A stretch of DNA of 64,000 bases from Octopus sinensis (lineage: Eukaryota): NCBI RefSeq assembly GCF_006345805.1, contig NC_043013.1:54250001-54314000 (forward strand), read 5' to 3'. The notes under the pieces were generated by a model, which was not told where the DNA came from, made no database searches, and saw nothing but the letters and a program-made list of their open reading frames with translations. A program made the position numbers and the translations under genes. Positions 1-13,720 of this stretch are shown here, piece by piece; position 1 is the stretch's first letter; the number at the start of each line of letters is the position of its first letter.

Positions 1-624
1 TTCCACCAAGATTACTGCTTGAAAACGTTACCACTTCAAACTCTTGCTCACTTCAGATTCGAAGTAAATACATTCTTTTTATTAGAAAACTAATTGTTAA
101 AGAATTTCACCATGAAACCATTACTAGTGATGTATGAATGTAGGAGGAATACAGATAGTAAATAAATACAGTGTGATACTGGAAGTTGGCTACCACAATT
201 GTTTTCTCAGGTGGTTAATTTTTTACAACATTCAGGCTTGAAAACATGCCAAAGAATATAAGTCAATCTATAATCATTTTCATTGCTTTTATTCAAATAT
301 TATGTAAATTTCACTTTTGTGTGCCCAGTGTTGACGATCTAATTACAACTAGTACTGCATTAGTATGTTGTGAAGCTATAAGCCTGTTTAGCTTTCTTCA
401 TGTTTAAAAAACAACAGTAAAATATTTTCTGAATAATGTGTATAAAAAAGGGATTTTAAAATAAACTGTCTCGTCAAACTTTATCCAGTATAATTTTAGG
501 CCTTCATAGCTTGAATATCACTAGGAGTCACAATCCCAATTATATCAATTATTCACTCATTATTTTTCTTGTTAACTTAATTGTAGAAGCTCTGCTTGCA
601 TGCATCTACATACATACACACCCA

Positions 625-840
625 TAAACGTTAGCACGCTGGACGAAATGCGTAGCCATATTTCGTCTGCCATTACGTTCTGAGTTCAAATTCCACCGAG
701 GTCGACTTTACCTTTCATCCTTTCGGGACCGATAAATTAAGTACCAGTTACGCACTGGGGTCGATGTAATCGACTTAATCCCTTTGTCTGTCCTTGTTTG
801 TCCACTCTGTGTTCAGCCCCTTGTGGGCAATAAAGAAATA
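625..840 (+). mobile_element. tRNA-derived SINE, family B (5' end clipped)
   Basis: B-box-like gttcaaattcc, central gtcgactttacctttcatcctttcggga..gataaattaagtaccagt, tail ending aataaagaaat; the same body recurs many times in the window. Confidence 0.8.
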
Positions 841-1031
841 TAAATGTGCACATTTATACATCATGTGTTCATTATTTATGGCATTCACTTAGCTTACCAA
901 TAACAGAGAGACATAATGAGATAGCAAAGTTTGGTGTTTGATTTCAGGGAAACTGAAAATGTTGTCTGACCATTTTATTTCCAATGGATTATCAAAAATT
1001 TACCATTTGGTTTCTTTCCCTCAGTCTTGAT

Positions 1032-1251
1032 CAACGGTTCTCAACAATGGCTCCTAGGGCCATATGGGGGGGGGAGCTTCAAGCATCCTTCCAGCAGACT
1101 CTGATGGTCTTCTCTCAATAAATATAATTAACTTTTCAGTAATTGGCTTCTATTTTATGTTTTTTAACCCCGCTTCCACCACCACTACCACTACCACAAA
1201 AAATTCAGGATTTGGAAATGGACTGCATATTAAAAAGGCTGAAAACCTCTG
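1032..1251. mobile_element. Old hAT (Charlie-like) MITE
   Basis: Degenerate TIRs caacggttctcaac / gctgaaaacctctg; flanking 8-mers gtcttgat and atccagat both resemble the NTCTAGAN hAT target. Confidence 0.45.
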
Positions 1252-4200
1252 ATCCAGATCCATATTCAGTTCTATGTAGCGACCAGATCCATGCTTAACA
1301 CTCACAGCCAGTATTATAGAACATTACACTCCAAATATACATTGTATATAAACACTATTTGTTAGCTAACATCTTAGCTATATACATCATTAATGTCCCC
1401 CATTTTAAGTCTTCTAGCCATTAAGTAGATTTAAATTAGATTTGTCATGTAAAAGAAATGATAGTCCAAATCCTTTGGTCTTGATCTCAGTCTGTTCTGT
1501 GGATTTGGGGTGGGCGGAATGATCCTATCTCACATCAAGATGGGTAGGAGGAAATATTAAAAAGAACTGCTTCAGTAACTTTGTATTTAATAATTACAAC
1601 AAGGGCCTCTTGTGTAAATATATAAAACTATAACTGTTACAATATCTATATAATGATGTTTTTGATATGGTGATGGTGGGGAGTAAATATGGGAATTCAT
1701 TAATTCAATGTTGAGAAACTTCTAAGAAATGATTTTCTATTGAATTGTATATTTTTAAAATGTAGGTTGAATTATATACAATTAATTTTGTAAGTGTTCA
1801 TATATGTGCATACAAATTATGTATACGTAGTGTGTTCGTGTCAAAGAGGTGATCTTATGTTGGGTTGGTTCATTTAAATGCAGGATGTTAATAAACCGCA
1901 TATTTATTTAAAAGCTAATATTTGGTTAAAAATAGACTAAGCAGTGTCTTATTAAACATTTTATGTTTTGTCATTCATCTGTGGGAAGTAAAAGACAGTT
2001 AATAGTAAAAGTGTCCGGTGGTTTTGACTTGAAGTGGTTATAAGAAATTTATTTCCACGGGTATATAAATAGCTCCAGTATGGGCAGGCTGATTTCATCA
2101 TAGAACTATTTAGGATACCCACTGCAACATCACTCATTAATGTTGTTTCAATTTTCAATGAGGTCAAGTTTGCTGTTACATCCTTCCAGGATCAATAAAT
2201 TGAAATAGTAATTAAGAATTGACATCAATTTAATCAACTCTACTCCCAGCCCTGGAACTTGGAAGCCTTGTGCCAGTGTTTGAAATCAATAAGAGGAGAA
2301 AATATGCATTAATCAATAGTCATAGAGTATATTTCAGAATAGATAAATACTGGCAATTATTAAATTAATGTTATCAATTGATCCGATATTTCAGTGTAAC
2401 AGTAGAATATATTAATAAGGTATGTTGACACGGTGTTACTTGGACAGCTTGTTGATTGTTGTGAAGCTGAATAGCTGATGGGGTTCTAGGAACTTAGCAA
2501 AGTTTAGATAAATAATCTAAAACAATATTAATGTAATGAATAAAGGATATTAAATATACTATACTCTTTCTAAATTGAAGTAAAACAATATTGTTATAGA
2601 CTTAGATTAGGTTAATAAAATGGGTAGGCAAAACAAACAAAATAATGTTGCAATTAATATGAACCTACTGAAGTTAATCAGTAAAATTTAAGAGAGAAGC
2701 TGTATGAAACTACACGCTGTTTGACCATACTTGAGTTAAGAATTCTTCGAAAATTCATTTGTGATGGTGACTTTGAAATTATGTGTGTTGACAGGGAATA
2801 TTTAAAGTATCATACTATATCAAAAGTTATGACATTGAAAGTTAGACTGTATATATTTTGACTAAGAGCTAATTACACTGTGACTATGCATTCAGAACAT
2901 TGGTGTCTCTTTATTATTACATATTATATAAGGCAGAAGCTTATTTCATTCACAAGATCTGTGCGTATGTATCACATATTCTCACATTTATTTGTTTCTT
3001 TAGAATTGTACATGAGTGCACGTGTGATATACACACAGCCAGTCATTATTAACAGGTACTTAAATTCAACCTTTGATTAATTAGGTAAAAGCTGGATATT
3101 GGCAAAATTATTTTGTACCCATTTTCCTGTTGTTTAGTAGATGTGGCAGCAATTAAGAGATTTCTAAATCTTGAATCAGGCTGTTTCATCTTTGAAGGAA
3201 TGTCTTGCCTAATTTCATATCATATATCTGCAGTAAGTTGGGTTCCAGAACATAGAGGTTAGCCAGTACTTGTATGTGTACACATCAAGATAATAGGGTC
3301 TAGTTTAGTCTTTAAATAATTAGATATAGTCATTCATTTCTAATTTGCTTTCTCCTAGGAACAAAAACAAAAAATGGTAATAATGCTAATGCTCATGGAG
3401 AAACATTTATTGACTGACATTAAGAGCAAATCTATTCCAGCAATCTTTCTTTTGTTTATCTTCTTCATAACAACCTTACCGTTCTTTTAAATATTTCAGC
3501 ATCTAGCGTTAACATTTATCTCTTCTTAATAATGTTCTTGCAGACTTGTTATTAAATCTTTTTTTTTTTTTTAAATAAGACCACAAACTTGTCTAAAAAG
3601 AATAACTTCCAGAAGAAAGTGCACTCATTTTGGAAATGTATTGTTTATAATTTTTCTTAAATAAAAGTAATTTTTAACAGATAAATTGACTTTTCTTTGA
3701 AAATAAAATTCCTTTAAAATTTATGATGTAAATATTGAAAAAACTAAAATTTTTATTTATTTTAAGCTTTGAGATTATTTCACTGAAGTTTTCAAAAGTC
3801 TGACTTGCTTTTGAAAATATTAATTTTGAGATTAGGAAATTCACAATAATTATATTAATTTGTAGCAACCTCGTTATATGTCCTAATGGTGTCATGTGAA
3901 GTTTTAATCTTTGATAGCTTTTGTGTGAACTTTATTGAAGACCAATGAGTACCCTCTGTTCTGTTAGCTTTCTTGGCTATACCAAAAGGAACCCAAAACT
4001 GCTTTGTACCTTCAATTTTTTAGGGGGGATATTACCTTGACAGACTATAACAAACACTCATTACTGCTTCTAATTTGGATATCCTAGAAACAACATGCAG
4101 AACATATTCATCTGCCTTAACGAACAAGACACATTGAGCTGAATGATCAGTCAATTGTTGTACATATATTTCTGTTGGGTTACGAAACGTATGTAATTTC

Positions 4201-4276
4201 TGATTCCTTCATCATAATGTCTGCTTGCATCATGCATAACATACAAAAAGAACTTCAATTCAGAATACATTTATAT

Positions 4277-4675
4277 AGGCACAGGAGTGGCTGTGTGGTA
4301 AGTAGCGTGCTTACCAACCACATGGTTCCGGGTTCAGTCCCGCTGCATGGCACCTTGGGCAAGTGTCTTCTACTATAGCCTTGGGCCGACCAAAGCCTTG
4401 TGAGTGGATTTGGTAGATGGAAACTGAAAGAATCCTGTCATATATGTATGTATAAATATGTGTATGCATATGTTAGTGTGTCTGTGTCTGTCCCCCCAAC
4501 ATCGCTTGACAACTGATGCTGGTGTGTTTATGTCCCTGTCACTTAGTGGTTTGGCAAGACAGACCGATAGAATAAGTACTAGGCTTCCTAAGAATAAGTC
4601 CTGGGGTCAATTTGCTTGGCTAAAGGTGGTGCTCCAGCATCGCCACAGTCAAATGACTGAAACGAATAAAAGAAT
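4277..4675 (+). mobile_element. tRNA-derived SINE, family A1, near full length
   Basis: A-box tggctgtgtggtaag, B-box ggttcagtccc, internal (TG)n/(TA)n, tail cagcatcgccacagtcaaatgactgaaac. Confidence 0.85.
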
Positions 4676-4956
4676 AGTGTTTTTGATTACACAACAATCA
4701 CACCATTGACTTTATACTCACAAAGTTATTTTCTGCAAACAACTTTATGTAAACCTTACTTTTATTGAAGCTGTATTCTGAAGTTTATTTTTGTATACAT
4801 GAACAACTGTTCCTTTTCAAGCCAGTATTTTAAGGCATTGAAAGAATATGATGCGCTTTTTTATTATTTTGAAATTATAGCACCACCCAGACTGGGAAAT
4901 GTCTACATTTCTGCTTGTATGTAGGGAATAGTGGGAAACTGATCTATATATTTTTA

Positions 4957-5351
4957 CTAGCAGTATCGCCCGGAGTTACTCGGGTTTGTTTTGGGCCCTT
5001 TAGAATTGGAATTTTTGAAAAGTAAAAATTTTGCATTATGTAGCTTGTTATTCTCTTTAAGTGAACATTTTTCTGGTTGAAATACACCGAAAAAAGGCGA
5101 CACAGCAGTCAAAAAAATCATTTAAAAATAGAGATTTTCATAGAAAAAAAAGCACCTTTTTGATGTAAATAATTTTTGGTGTTAACATGGTGCGATTTGA
5201 AATTTTCTTCTACAGAAGGAAGAGCAAGCCTTCTTCTATCATACTTTCAATTTTGGTCAACTTACGCCGCAGGGTCTCGGAGGAGATAGTGTTAGTTGAA
5301 AGCTACCAAACCTGCCATACACAGACAACTTCAGTTTTATATATTGAAAGA
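4957..5351 (-). mobile_element. Non-autonomous Helitron (subfamily 1)
   Basis: On the minus strand: 5'-TC, 3'-CTAG, subterminal hairpin cccgagtaactccggg, inserted between A and T with no TSD. Near-identical copy at 57507-57897. Confidence 0.8.
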
Positions 5352-7434
5352 TTGTATTATTTTTATGCCTATGCATTCTTAGTTTTGACATTGGGTAGCC
5401 TTCACTTACATATAAGCCATGCTTTTAATTGAAGAGGACATGTTTATGAACATAACTTCATATGATTGGAACCACATGTATACATCAATATTTTACACAT
5501 TCAAACTGACTGTTACCAGTTGTATTTTGTTGTCATCCTAGCTACCACAGTCTGCTCCAGTACAGTCAAGCTGAACACTGACCAACTCAGTGACAACACA
5601 GTAGTGCCAGCATCTCTCCGCAGAACCAATGCAACTCATTAGTTAATAACAAATTTATACTGTGGTATAACAAGAACAACAGATGGCTTTTGCTGATACC
5701 ACCTGCTTTTTTCACAATACTGAAGTTTCCATAATAACCTATTTTGCTTAAATCACCAATTTAGTATTCATTTAAAGTACAAGGGAAATGAATGTAAATC
5801 ATATGTGTAGGTACATGTTAATGTGTGTGTGTGCATGCAAAAATGCTAATACCACTAATCAGTCACATTTCTGCTGATCCATGTGTGTAAACATACATAC
5901 CATGTTCATATGTAGAACCACCTACATGTTACATATGCATGCATGCACATATAAACCTCATACATCATGCACATCTCCCCCATCCACTTGCATCTTGCAC
6001 ATACATGTTATCCTTTCTATCAATTTCTTTCCTAATTACAGTTTTGTGTTGATCCTTATTGATTGTTACTCTTCCAGTAATTTAGAAGCAAGCATGTGAT
6101 AATGTAGCAACCCTTAATTCAGCATATTTTTGTTTTCACTGGTTTTATTCATACTAATAAGAAACCAGGATTTTGCTGGATATTTTGATAATATGAGCAA
6201 GAGTTAAAAATTGTCCTCCCTCATTTAGCTAATTTTATTTCACTTCTCTAAGGACATTGCTACCAGTTGCTGCTTTTTCTAGGCAGGACACACTGAAAGC
6301 AACTCACAAAACAGAAATAGCTGTTATGCCATTGAAAGATCTAAATCTATGAATTAATCAACATACAAGAATATAAATTTAACCTTGACTGTAAGTTTGA
6401 ATGAAGCGGCACTGGGGCATAAATGTTGCACCACAATAATGCGATACATTTGAAACAGGATTCTGAGAGAAAAAATGGTAAAAATTAAAAATTGGAGGGA
6501 GAGGGAGAAGTACAACAATTGACCTCTGAGAGATATAATGAAGTGAGATGTCAGTATATGAGAAAAGGTTGGAAATGGAAAGACTTTGATATCTAATATA
6601 GTAACAGAAAGATGATAATGAAGTACAAGTGACTATATCAGTATGTGTGCAAACTTTTTTTATAGGTTACAATGATTTCACTGTGATGTAATTGTTTTAA
6701 GCCCAATATGATCCTAGATGAAATGATTTAACAGTGTGTATGTCAGATATTAAAATAACAAGATTTATAAGTGGAGGCATAAAAGAGGATAGGAATCTAT
6801 TTGAATCTTCAATGAAAATTATCCAGTCAATTCAAATGTCTTAAAATCAAAGACGATTAGTAGTTTAAAACATACCATATGAAGTCTGAAATGAAGGAAC
6901 TTTATCATACATATAAGAATGTACAATCTTAAAGATATGTCCATTTAAAAGAGTTTTCCAAACTTTGGTCTCAGTACCATAATTACTTTCATTTAGATTA
7001 AAGACATAAGAAAAATTTACAAACATTTGGAGTTTGAGAAAATTTTAAAATTATTCTCGAAACCAAAAGTTAATTGAATCTAAGTTTTATTGTGAATGAA
7101 GATGAGCATTAATCCTGAAATCAATGATCAGTAAGTTATCTTAGAAAATTTAATCTGTGAAATATTCCCCAGTTAGAAATCTAATCAATACATGCAAGTA
7201 TACTTATCATTACTGAGATATTTTGAAATTATATTTGCTGCTATGTTTTCCTCAGAGATATTTTGCAAAGTTTACAATTTATTATTAAAACAGAACAAAA
7301 TTATTTGGAAAGAATGCAAAAGTCTTCAGATTTATCAATATCTATGAGGTCCTGTATTTCAGAAATATTATTCAGTTTTTTCTTTTCTTTTTCATTTGAA
7401 TTTGTGTAGGTTCCTACGAGATCTTATGTGGTTA

Positions 7435-7918
7435 TGATATGCATAAGATCTGGTCATCAAATCTAAGCAGAGATTTCAAACTTAAAATCTTCAAAGCCAC
7501 ATTAGAACCAATTCTACTATATGGCTCAGAAACCTGGACGTTATAAAAGAAGCTGAAGAGGTGGTTGGATGGAACTTACACTCACCTCGTTATGAGAGCT
7601 CAAAATCTCTCGTGGAAGAGTCATCCAACCAAAGTACAAATATATGAGAAATTACCACCTGTATCATCTCTTGTGAAAGGTAGAAGAGTCCAGTTTGCTG
7701 GACATTGTTGTAGAGCTGAAAACGAGGTAATTTATACTCTTCTCCTCTGGAAGCCATCTGCTCGCGATACCAGAGGGCGCACACTCTCCTACCCTGATGT
7801 AATCTCCAGGGATACAGGCATCCAGCAACAGGACCTCCGTAATGCTATGATGGACCATGAAGTCTGGCATAACATAGTAAATTCCATTGTCTCGACCACG
7901 GTCGAACAATGATGATGA
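7435..7918 (+). mobile_element. 5'-truncated RTE-X-like LINE 3' end
   Basis: Frame DMHKIWSSNLSRDFKLKIFKATLEPILLYGSETWTL*KKLKRWLDGTYTHLVMRAQNLSWKSHPT...RRVQFAGHCCRAE...; (GAT)n tail; 10-bp TSD tatgtggtta at 7425-7434 and 7919-7928. Confidence 0.85.
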
Positions 7919-10270
7919 TATGTGGTTAGAGTGTTCACTTTGAGAGCCATAAAGTTTTGGCTTAGTCCCACAATACTGCAGTTTGACCGAATGCTTTCTG
8001 TTGAAGTTCCAGCTGATTTAATTCATTGGAAGTGGAGTCTGGTATTCAGAAATAGTCTCGAATCATGTGTGTGTGTGTGTAAAAGAAATGGGGATGATGA
8101 AGGAGCAAACGATTATCTTATAAATTTCATTAGCTTACAGTTGTTTCGGCATTAAGATGCATTGGCATCATTGAGTATTTGAGTAACAACTTATAACTTC
8201 ACAGTAGCCTTGAAAATATATATAACATTCTGTTCCATGAAGGTAAGATGAAGAAAAAAAAGTTTTCCATCAATATTGTTTAATGAAGACAGTATATATT
8301 TTTATGAGCTGCTAAAACAACTCAGACAGCATTTTTTGCTTGAAGGCACCAGATATCATAAAATGCTGTCTGTTTTCATTGCATGAAACTATTAGTAGTT
8401 CATGAAAATATATACTGCATTCACTAAATCACTAAACTCTTTGTGTGTGTGTCTTGAAGGCAGTGCTTCAATATGGTTGAAGTTCGATGACAAACCAGAT
8501 GAAGATCTGCACATTTATATGAATTATCAATAGTTATGCATGACTACTTTTATTTAACTCTAAAACGTTCTTGTGCAAAATACTCAAAACTCAACAAAGG
8601 GTAATGAGTTCCAGTGATGCTCAAGTACATTCATGGACAAGGTACTTAGTACTGAAAGTATAATAAAATAATGAGAGAGCAGTTATATGCTCATTCAAAT
8701 TTGCTAAAACTAGCAGCTAAATCTCCCTCAAACTCACTTAACTGTTTTTAAAATGACATTGGATGATATTGTTTGGAGTTTATTATTCTGGGAAAAACAT
8801 GGCATTGTTATAGCTGGAATAGTCTTTTATTATAGGAGTTATTTTTTAAGCAGGATTGACCTAAGTCTAAACAAACCCTACTGAAACTGACCCCTCTGAC
8901 AAATGAGGGCTTCATTCTGGTTGTCTATTTCAGTGGGTAGTGTCTGTGGGTTACAGTACCACTACTGCTGTTTGAGATCAGAAATTACTAGAAGCTTGGA
9001 GAGTCACTGACAGTGTATAGTAGATGTGGTAGGGAGACAATGAAATGGTAAACTGAATCTGAGAAAGAAGGGTGGGGGTGCTCACCAAAATGCTGAAAGC
9101 CATACCAAAATTAAATATCTACAAATATGAAAAGTACAAAAATGTAACATCAAAATATGCTCCACGGGTTTGGAGATAATTGGGTTTTTTGGTACTAATT
9201 GTTCATTTTGGTGCTAATTTTTTTTTCTTTTTGTTGTCTCAAGATATACCAACTTTGGATTCAAATATTCACTTCCTTGCAACAATGATATCATTTCAAT
9301 TTATTTTTTCATGTTTACAGTACAGTATCTGCATGGTGCAGATAATTCTGGTGCTGCAGATCTGCAGCAGTTTCACTTATGAATATGACATAATAATGTT
9401 AAGTGCTAGATAAGAATTTCATACAGCATAATCTTGGAAACCTAATGCAAAATGCAAAGTGCAGATCCTGATGTTGAAAGAAGACTAGAACACAAGTACA
9501 AGATTCCTGAATATCAAATTTCAGGATACACACTGCAAAAAATGACATTCAGTATTCAATCCTCAGAACAATTGTTGAAGGTGCTTAGGGTCCTTAGAGG
9601 CCTCAATAAATCATTACATTTTACAAGAATAGCAATTACCTTTTCTTCAGATTGTTAACATTAATGAGTGTTTGTGCATGTGTGTGTGTGTGCATTCACA
9701 CACACAGATACATAATTATGGAAGGTTGCTGATATATTGTCCCAAGATGGTTTAAGTTAGCTCTGACATGAGACTTTAGTAACAATGTTTTAAGCTATAG
9801 GGAGAATTCATGAAAAAAACAAAAGATGAAGACAGGTGGAGTATAAAACAAACAGATGTATTAGTATAATGCTCAGGAATAGAAAAATTCTTTTACATTT
9901 CGAGCCTACGCTCTTCCACAAAAAGGGACACAGAAAAAAACAAGGAGAGAAACAACCTCACCAGTTCTCTCTCTCTCCCTCACACACACAGCCCTCATTG
10001 TTATATGACATTATATATATATATATCTCCATAATCCACTAAAAGAATCTGTATCTATTTGCTGCATGAACACATTCAACTCCAAGTGATGCTCAGACCT
10101 GAAACCGTGGAATATATTCTTTATTTCTACTCAAAGAGGTTCATTAGTCAAATCTCACTCAGCTAAACTAATTAATGTTTTGGTAATAAATGTCAGTATT
10201 TCAACACTTGAATATTTGGGAAATTGAAATATTCCATGTATATCCATGCAAATAAATAATGATGTTTTTG

Positions 10271-10709
10271 TTTCTTCTTCTTCTTCTTCTTTTTCTTCTT
10301 CTTCTTCCAATTCTTCTTTTTCTTCTTCCTCCTCTTCTTCTTCTTCTCTTTCTTCTTCTTCTTCTTCTTCTTCTTCTCTCTTTCTTCTTCTTCTTCTTCT
10401 TTTTCTTCTTCTTCTTCCAATTCTTCTTTTTCTTTCTTCCTCTTCTTCTTCTTCTCTTTCTTCTTCTTCTTCTTCTCTTTCTTCTTCTTCTTCTTCTTCT
10501 TCTTCTTTTTCTTCTTCTTCTTCCAATTCTTCTTTTTCTTCTTCCTCTTCTTCTTCCTCTTCTTCTTCTTCTTCTTCTGCTTCTGCTTCTTCTTCTCTTT
10601 CTTCTTCTTCTTCTCTTTCTTCTTCTTCTTCTTCTCTTTCTTCTTCTTCTTCTCTTTCTTCTTCTTCTTCTTCTTCTTCTTCTTATTATTATTATTATTA
10701 TTATTATTA
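10271..10709. repeat. Compound (TTC/GAA)n tract followed by (ATT)n
   Basis: Seen directly; it accounts for the poly-E, poly-K, poly-S and poly-L ORFs at 10155-10801. Confidence 0.97.
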
Positions 10710-11534
10710 AGAATGAATGGATTACATTTAAATTGAGTGGTCACAAAACATTGATTTACAAACTGTCTCTTAGCTAAATCAATATATGATATGAAAAACA
10801 AAAAGAAGAAAGTTAAATTTCCATATTATTAGTGCTTCATAAGCTATATTCTTACAAATACCTATCAATTTTCCAGCCATTCCGCCCTACAAATGTGTAG
10901 AATTCTTCAATTGATTTTATGCTGTGAGCTTAGTGTTTCAAGTATTACAAAAGATTCTGAAACTGGCAATTATGAAGCGACAAAATGGTTGATTTTTCTG
11001 CCAGCTATATTTCACATTGAAAACCAATCATCCAGAAAAGGAATGTACTAGAAGAAGGAGAAAAAGGCATGACGCATCACTTTATTACTTCTAACATACT
11101 TAAAATATGCTGTTACCACTTTACTGATGTTCGTCTTTCTCAACAGTTCCCAGGAATAACACCAATCCTATCAAATTCATGTCATTTCAAATAACTTTTC
11201 TTATAATCTTTATATTTTTTTTTTGTATTTGTTTCTCAGAATTAAAAAAAAATAAATAAAATCTATATTTCAAAGAAGCTTCTGCAACAGAAAAGAATTC
11301 TTTAACAATGGTAGTGGGAGAAAAAAAAAATGAACAAATATAAAACTTAGCTATTTTGTATCAATTAGATGGATCAAGTGTTTGACAAAATGATTACACA
11401 CGCATATATACCCCTTTATGAGTGTGTGTGTGCTTGTGTGTGTATACCATCATAGACATACACACACAATGTATAAATAAATGTATATATTGTATGTGTG
11501 TGTGTGTGTGTGTATTATTATCATCATTGCAGTG

Positions 11535-11915
11535 TTAACATCTATTTTCACATGCTTGCATGGGTCAAACGGATTTTGTTGGCAGATTTTCTATGGCCTG
11601 ATGCCCTTCCTGTTGCCAATCCTCACCTTCATAAGATAATGTATCCTCATGGTTGGACATATTTTCTCAGGGGATTAGAGACAAATGACACCATTTGCTT
11701 GGCAATGATGCTCTTTTACAACTATGATGCAATGTCAAGACTAAGATAAACACACTCATATAGGACAGGCTTCTATTAGTCTCCATTTACATTCACAAAT
11801 ATTTAGATGGCTCAAACCACTGGTAGAAGACACCTGAGGTGCCACACTGTAGGACTGAACTTGAAACTATGAGGTTGGGAAACTAACTTCTTACCTACAA
11901 CAACCATACTTGTAT
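11535..11915 (-). mobile_element. SINE family A2 (family-A head with RTE-like 3' tail), degraded
   Basis: Head remnant at 11760-11915; tail is the reverse complement of ...acccatgcaagcatggaaaa. Confidence 0.65.
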
Positions 11916-12147
11916 GTATGAGAATGTATGTGGTCTTCCATGAAGTTTCTATCAATTAAATTTGGCTCTCAAAGCATTGGTCAACATGAGGTTATAGTAT
12001 AAATTAGAAACCCATGGTAACATGCAGTGGGGCCAAATCCAAAGCTATGTGGTTGTGAAGTGAATATCTTAATCTAGCTACGCTTGCCCCCATTGTATCT
12101 GTGCTGCTCATATAACAATGGATGAGAAGGAATCTATTTGCAATTAA

Positions 12148-12255
12148 CCTTTAGCACACTGCATTTTCTCTAGAATTGTTTTCCCTGTCACTGCCCTGTG
12201 ACTAAAGAGGAGAAAACTCATACAGTGACAGGATGCACCTACAGTGTGCTAAAGG
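12148..12255. mobile_element. piggyBac-type MITE (108 bp)
   Basis: TTAA on both sides (12144-12147, 12256-12259); perfect 14-bp TIR cctttagcacactg/cagtgtgctaaagg; internal 10-bp inverted repeat cctgtcactg/cagtgacagg. Confidence 0.8.
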
Positions 12256-12929
12256 TTAATCCCCCTATCACCACTGCTATTACCATCCTCATCATGCCAC
12301 CTCATTTCACACCACGAGGCCTGTGTATAAGAGGTTACATCAGATTACTTGTACCCGGTGCACTCTACCTTCATCATTTCTATACTGCCAGTCATCACTC
12401 TCTCTCCTTTGAACCACATTTGTTATCCATCACTTACTCTTTCCTTTATTCTTCTTTACTATTACCCATTATGCTCTAGCATCCGATTCACCCTGGTCAC
12501 TCTGCACTATCTCACTCGACCTCCCTCAACCAACAGGATCAGTAAAGTGTTTGACTGTTTTAAGTGCTGAAGTTAATCTTAAGTTGATTAGATCACTTAA
12601 GATATTGAAGGTAATATTTATATATGAACATGCATGTATGTGTGTGTGTGTGTAGTTTTATGTCCATTTTTTTAATGTTAGATGACTGTTTTATTGAAGC
12701 ATTATTTTACAGCTGGATACCTTTTCTAACCCTTAACTGCTTTTCAAATTGTGGGGTCTCTTTTTCCATGCAGCTCCAAAGACGTGAAATGAGTGAATGA
12801 GTTGTTGATACAAGAACTGACAACGACTTTGCTGTTTGTTGAGTGCAAATGTAAACAAACACACTGACACACAAACATAGATACTTTGTGTGTGTATGTG
12901 AATAAGTATATATGTATACTTAGACACAA

Positions 12930-13095
12930 CCACACACATACATGGTCTCCTTTCAGTTTCTGTCTACCAAATCTACTTAGAAGGCTTTTGGCCAGCTGGA
13001 GGCTGTGGCATGAAACACTTGCCTTGCACTGAGACTGAACCTGAAACTAAGTGGTTGAGAAACAAGTTTCTTAACCACACATCCCTGCCTGTACA
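12930..13095 (-). mobile_element. SINE family A head fragment
   Basis: Reverse complement of gtggttaagaaacttgtttctcaaccac..ggttcagtctcagtg. Confidence 0.7.
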
Positions 13096-13289
13096 GACTT
13101 ACAAACATATATTCACATTAACTCTTTGACTGTCTTCATTTATTAAGGATGTGGACACACTGAGCCATCATCTTCAATGCTATTTCTTTACTTACATTTG
13201 AAATGTGGCAAACACACACACTGCATTAAACACAAAGCACTTTACTTATGTTAAGCCGAGTCTTTGGAGGGAACATATTTTCTATATAT

Positions 13290-13720
13290 GTATGTGTTGG
13301 AAAACGAAAGCTTTCACCAACTGGCCGGGCATAGTACTGCTTCTCACAGCTAGGAATTAATTCTCCAATAGGTTACTCATTAGAATTGTTGTGCATTTAC
13401 TAAATTATGCACAACATCCTTGTTACAATCAGATATTTGTTGTTCGATGAATAATTCAAGTGCATCGGCACCGGTTTAAGCTCTTGATATTATTAACTGT
13501 TGGGGATTTAAAAAGATCATTTCACAGTATTGATCTCTAGGGAATGTTATCAACTGCACTTGTTGCCAGAATTCCATCCAGTTATCTAAACATACTTAGA
13601 ACCTTAAAACACATCCGTTTGCATGTGAGTCAGACCATTGTCACTTCCATTCTTATTTCTGTTGTCTGCAGGTGTTATGTAAGGAAATGCTATCTCACTA
13701 ATATTATCGAGAATAGTATT
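13290..13720 (-). pseudogene. Probable decayed Penelope-like element 3' end (GIY-YIG region)
   Basis: Frameshifted remnants LTCKRMC..KYV*ITG and ALELFIEQQISDCNKDV resemble the PLE endonuclease C-terminus, followed by a gaaagctt palindrome typical of PLE hammerhead cores. Heavily mutated. Confidence 0.35.

Noticed and set aside
3141-3232. Plus-strand exon-like segments with good splice signals (also 1-63, 23279-23301, 26707-26775, 28802-28850, 58087-58141)
   Set aside because: No recognisable protein and no coherent chain; such signal pairs are expected by chance in 64 kb of AT-rich DNA. An antisense or nested gene cannot be excluded without RNA data.
5525-5645. Cys-rich minus frame SCIGSAERCWHYCVVTELVSVQLDCTGADCG, a possible next THSD7 exon
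   Set aside because: No conserved Trp pattern, and the only nearby acceptor leads to stops in all three frames.
10155-10801. Long poly-E, poly-K, poly-S and poly-L ORFs
   Set aside because: Translations of the TTC/GAA tract, which has no stops in several frames.
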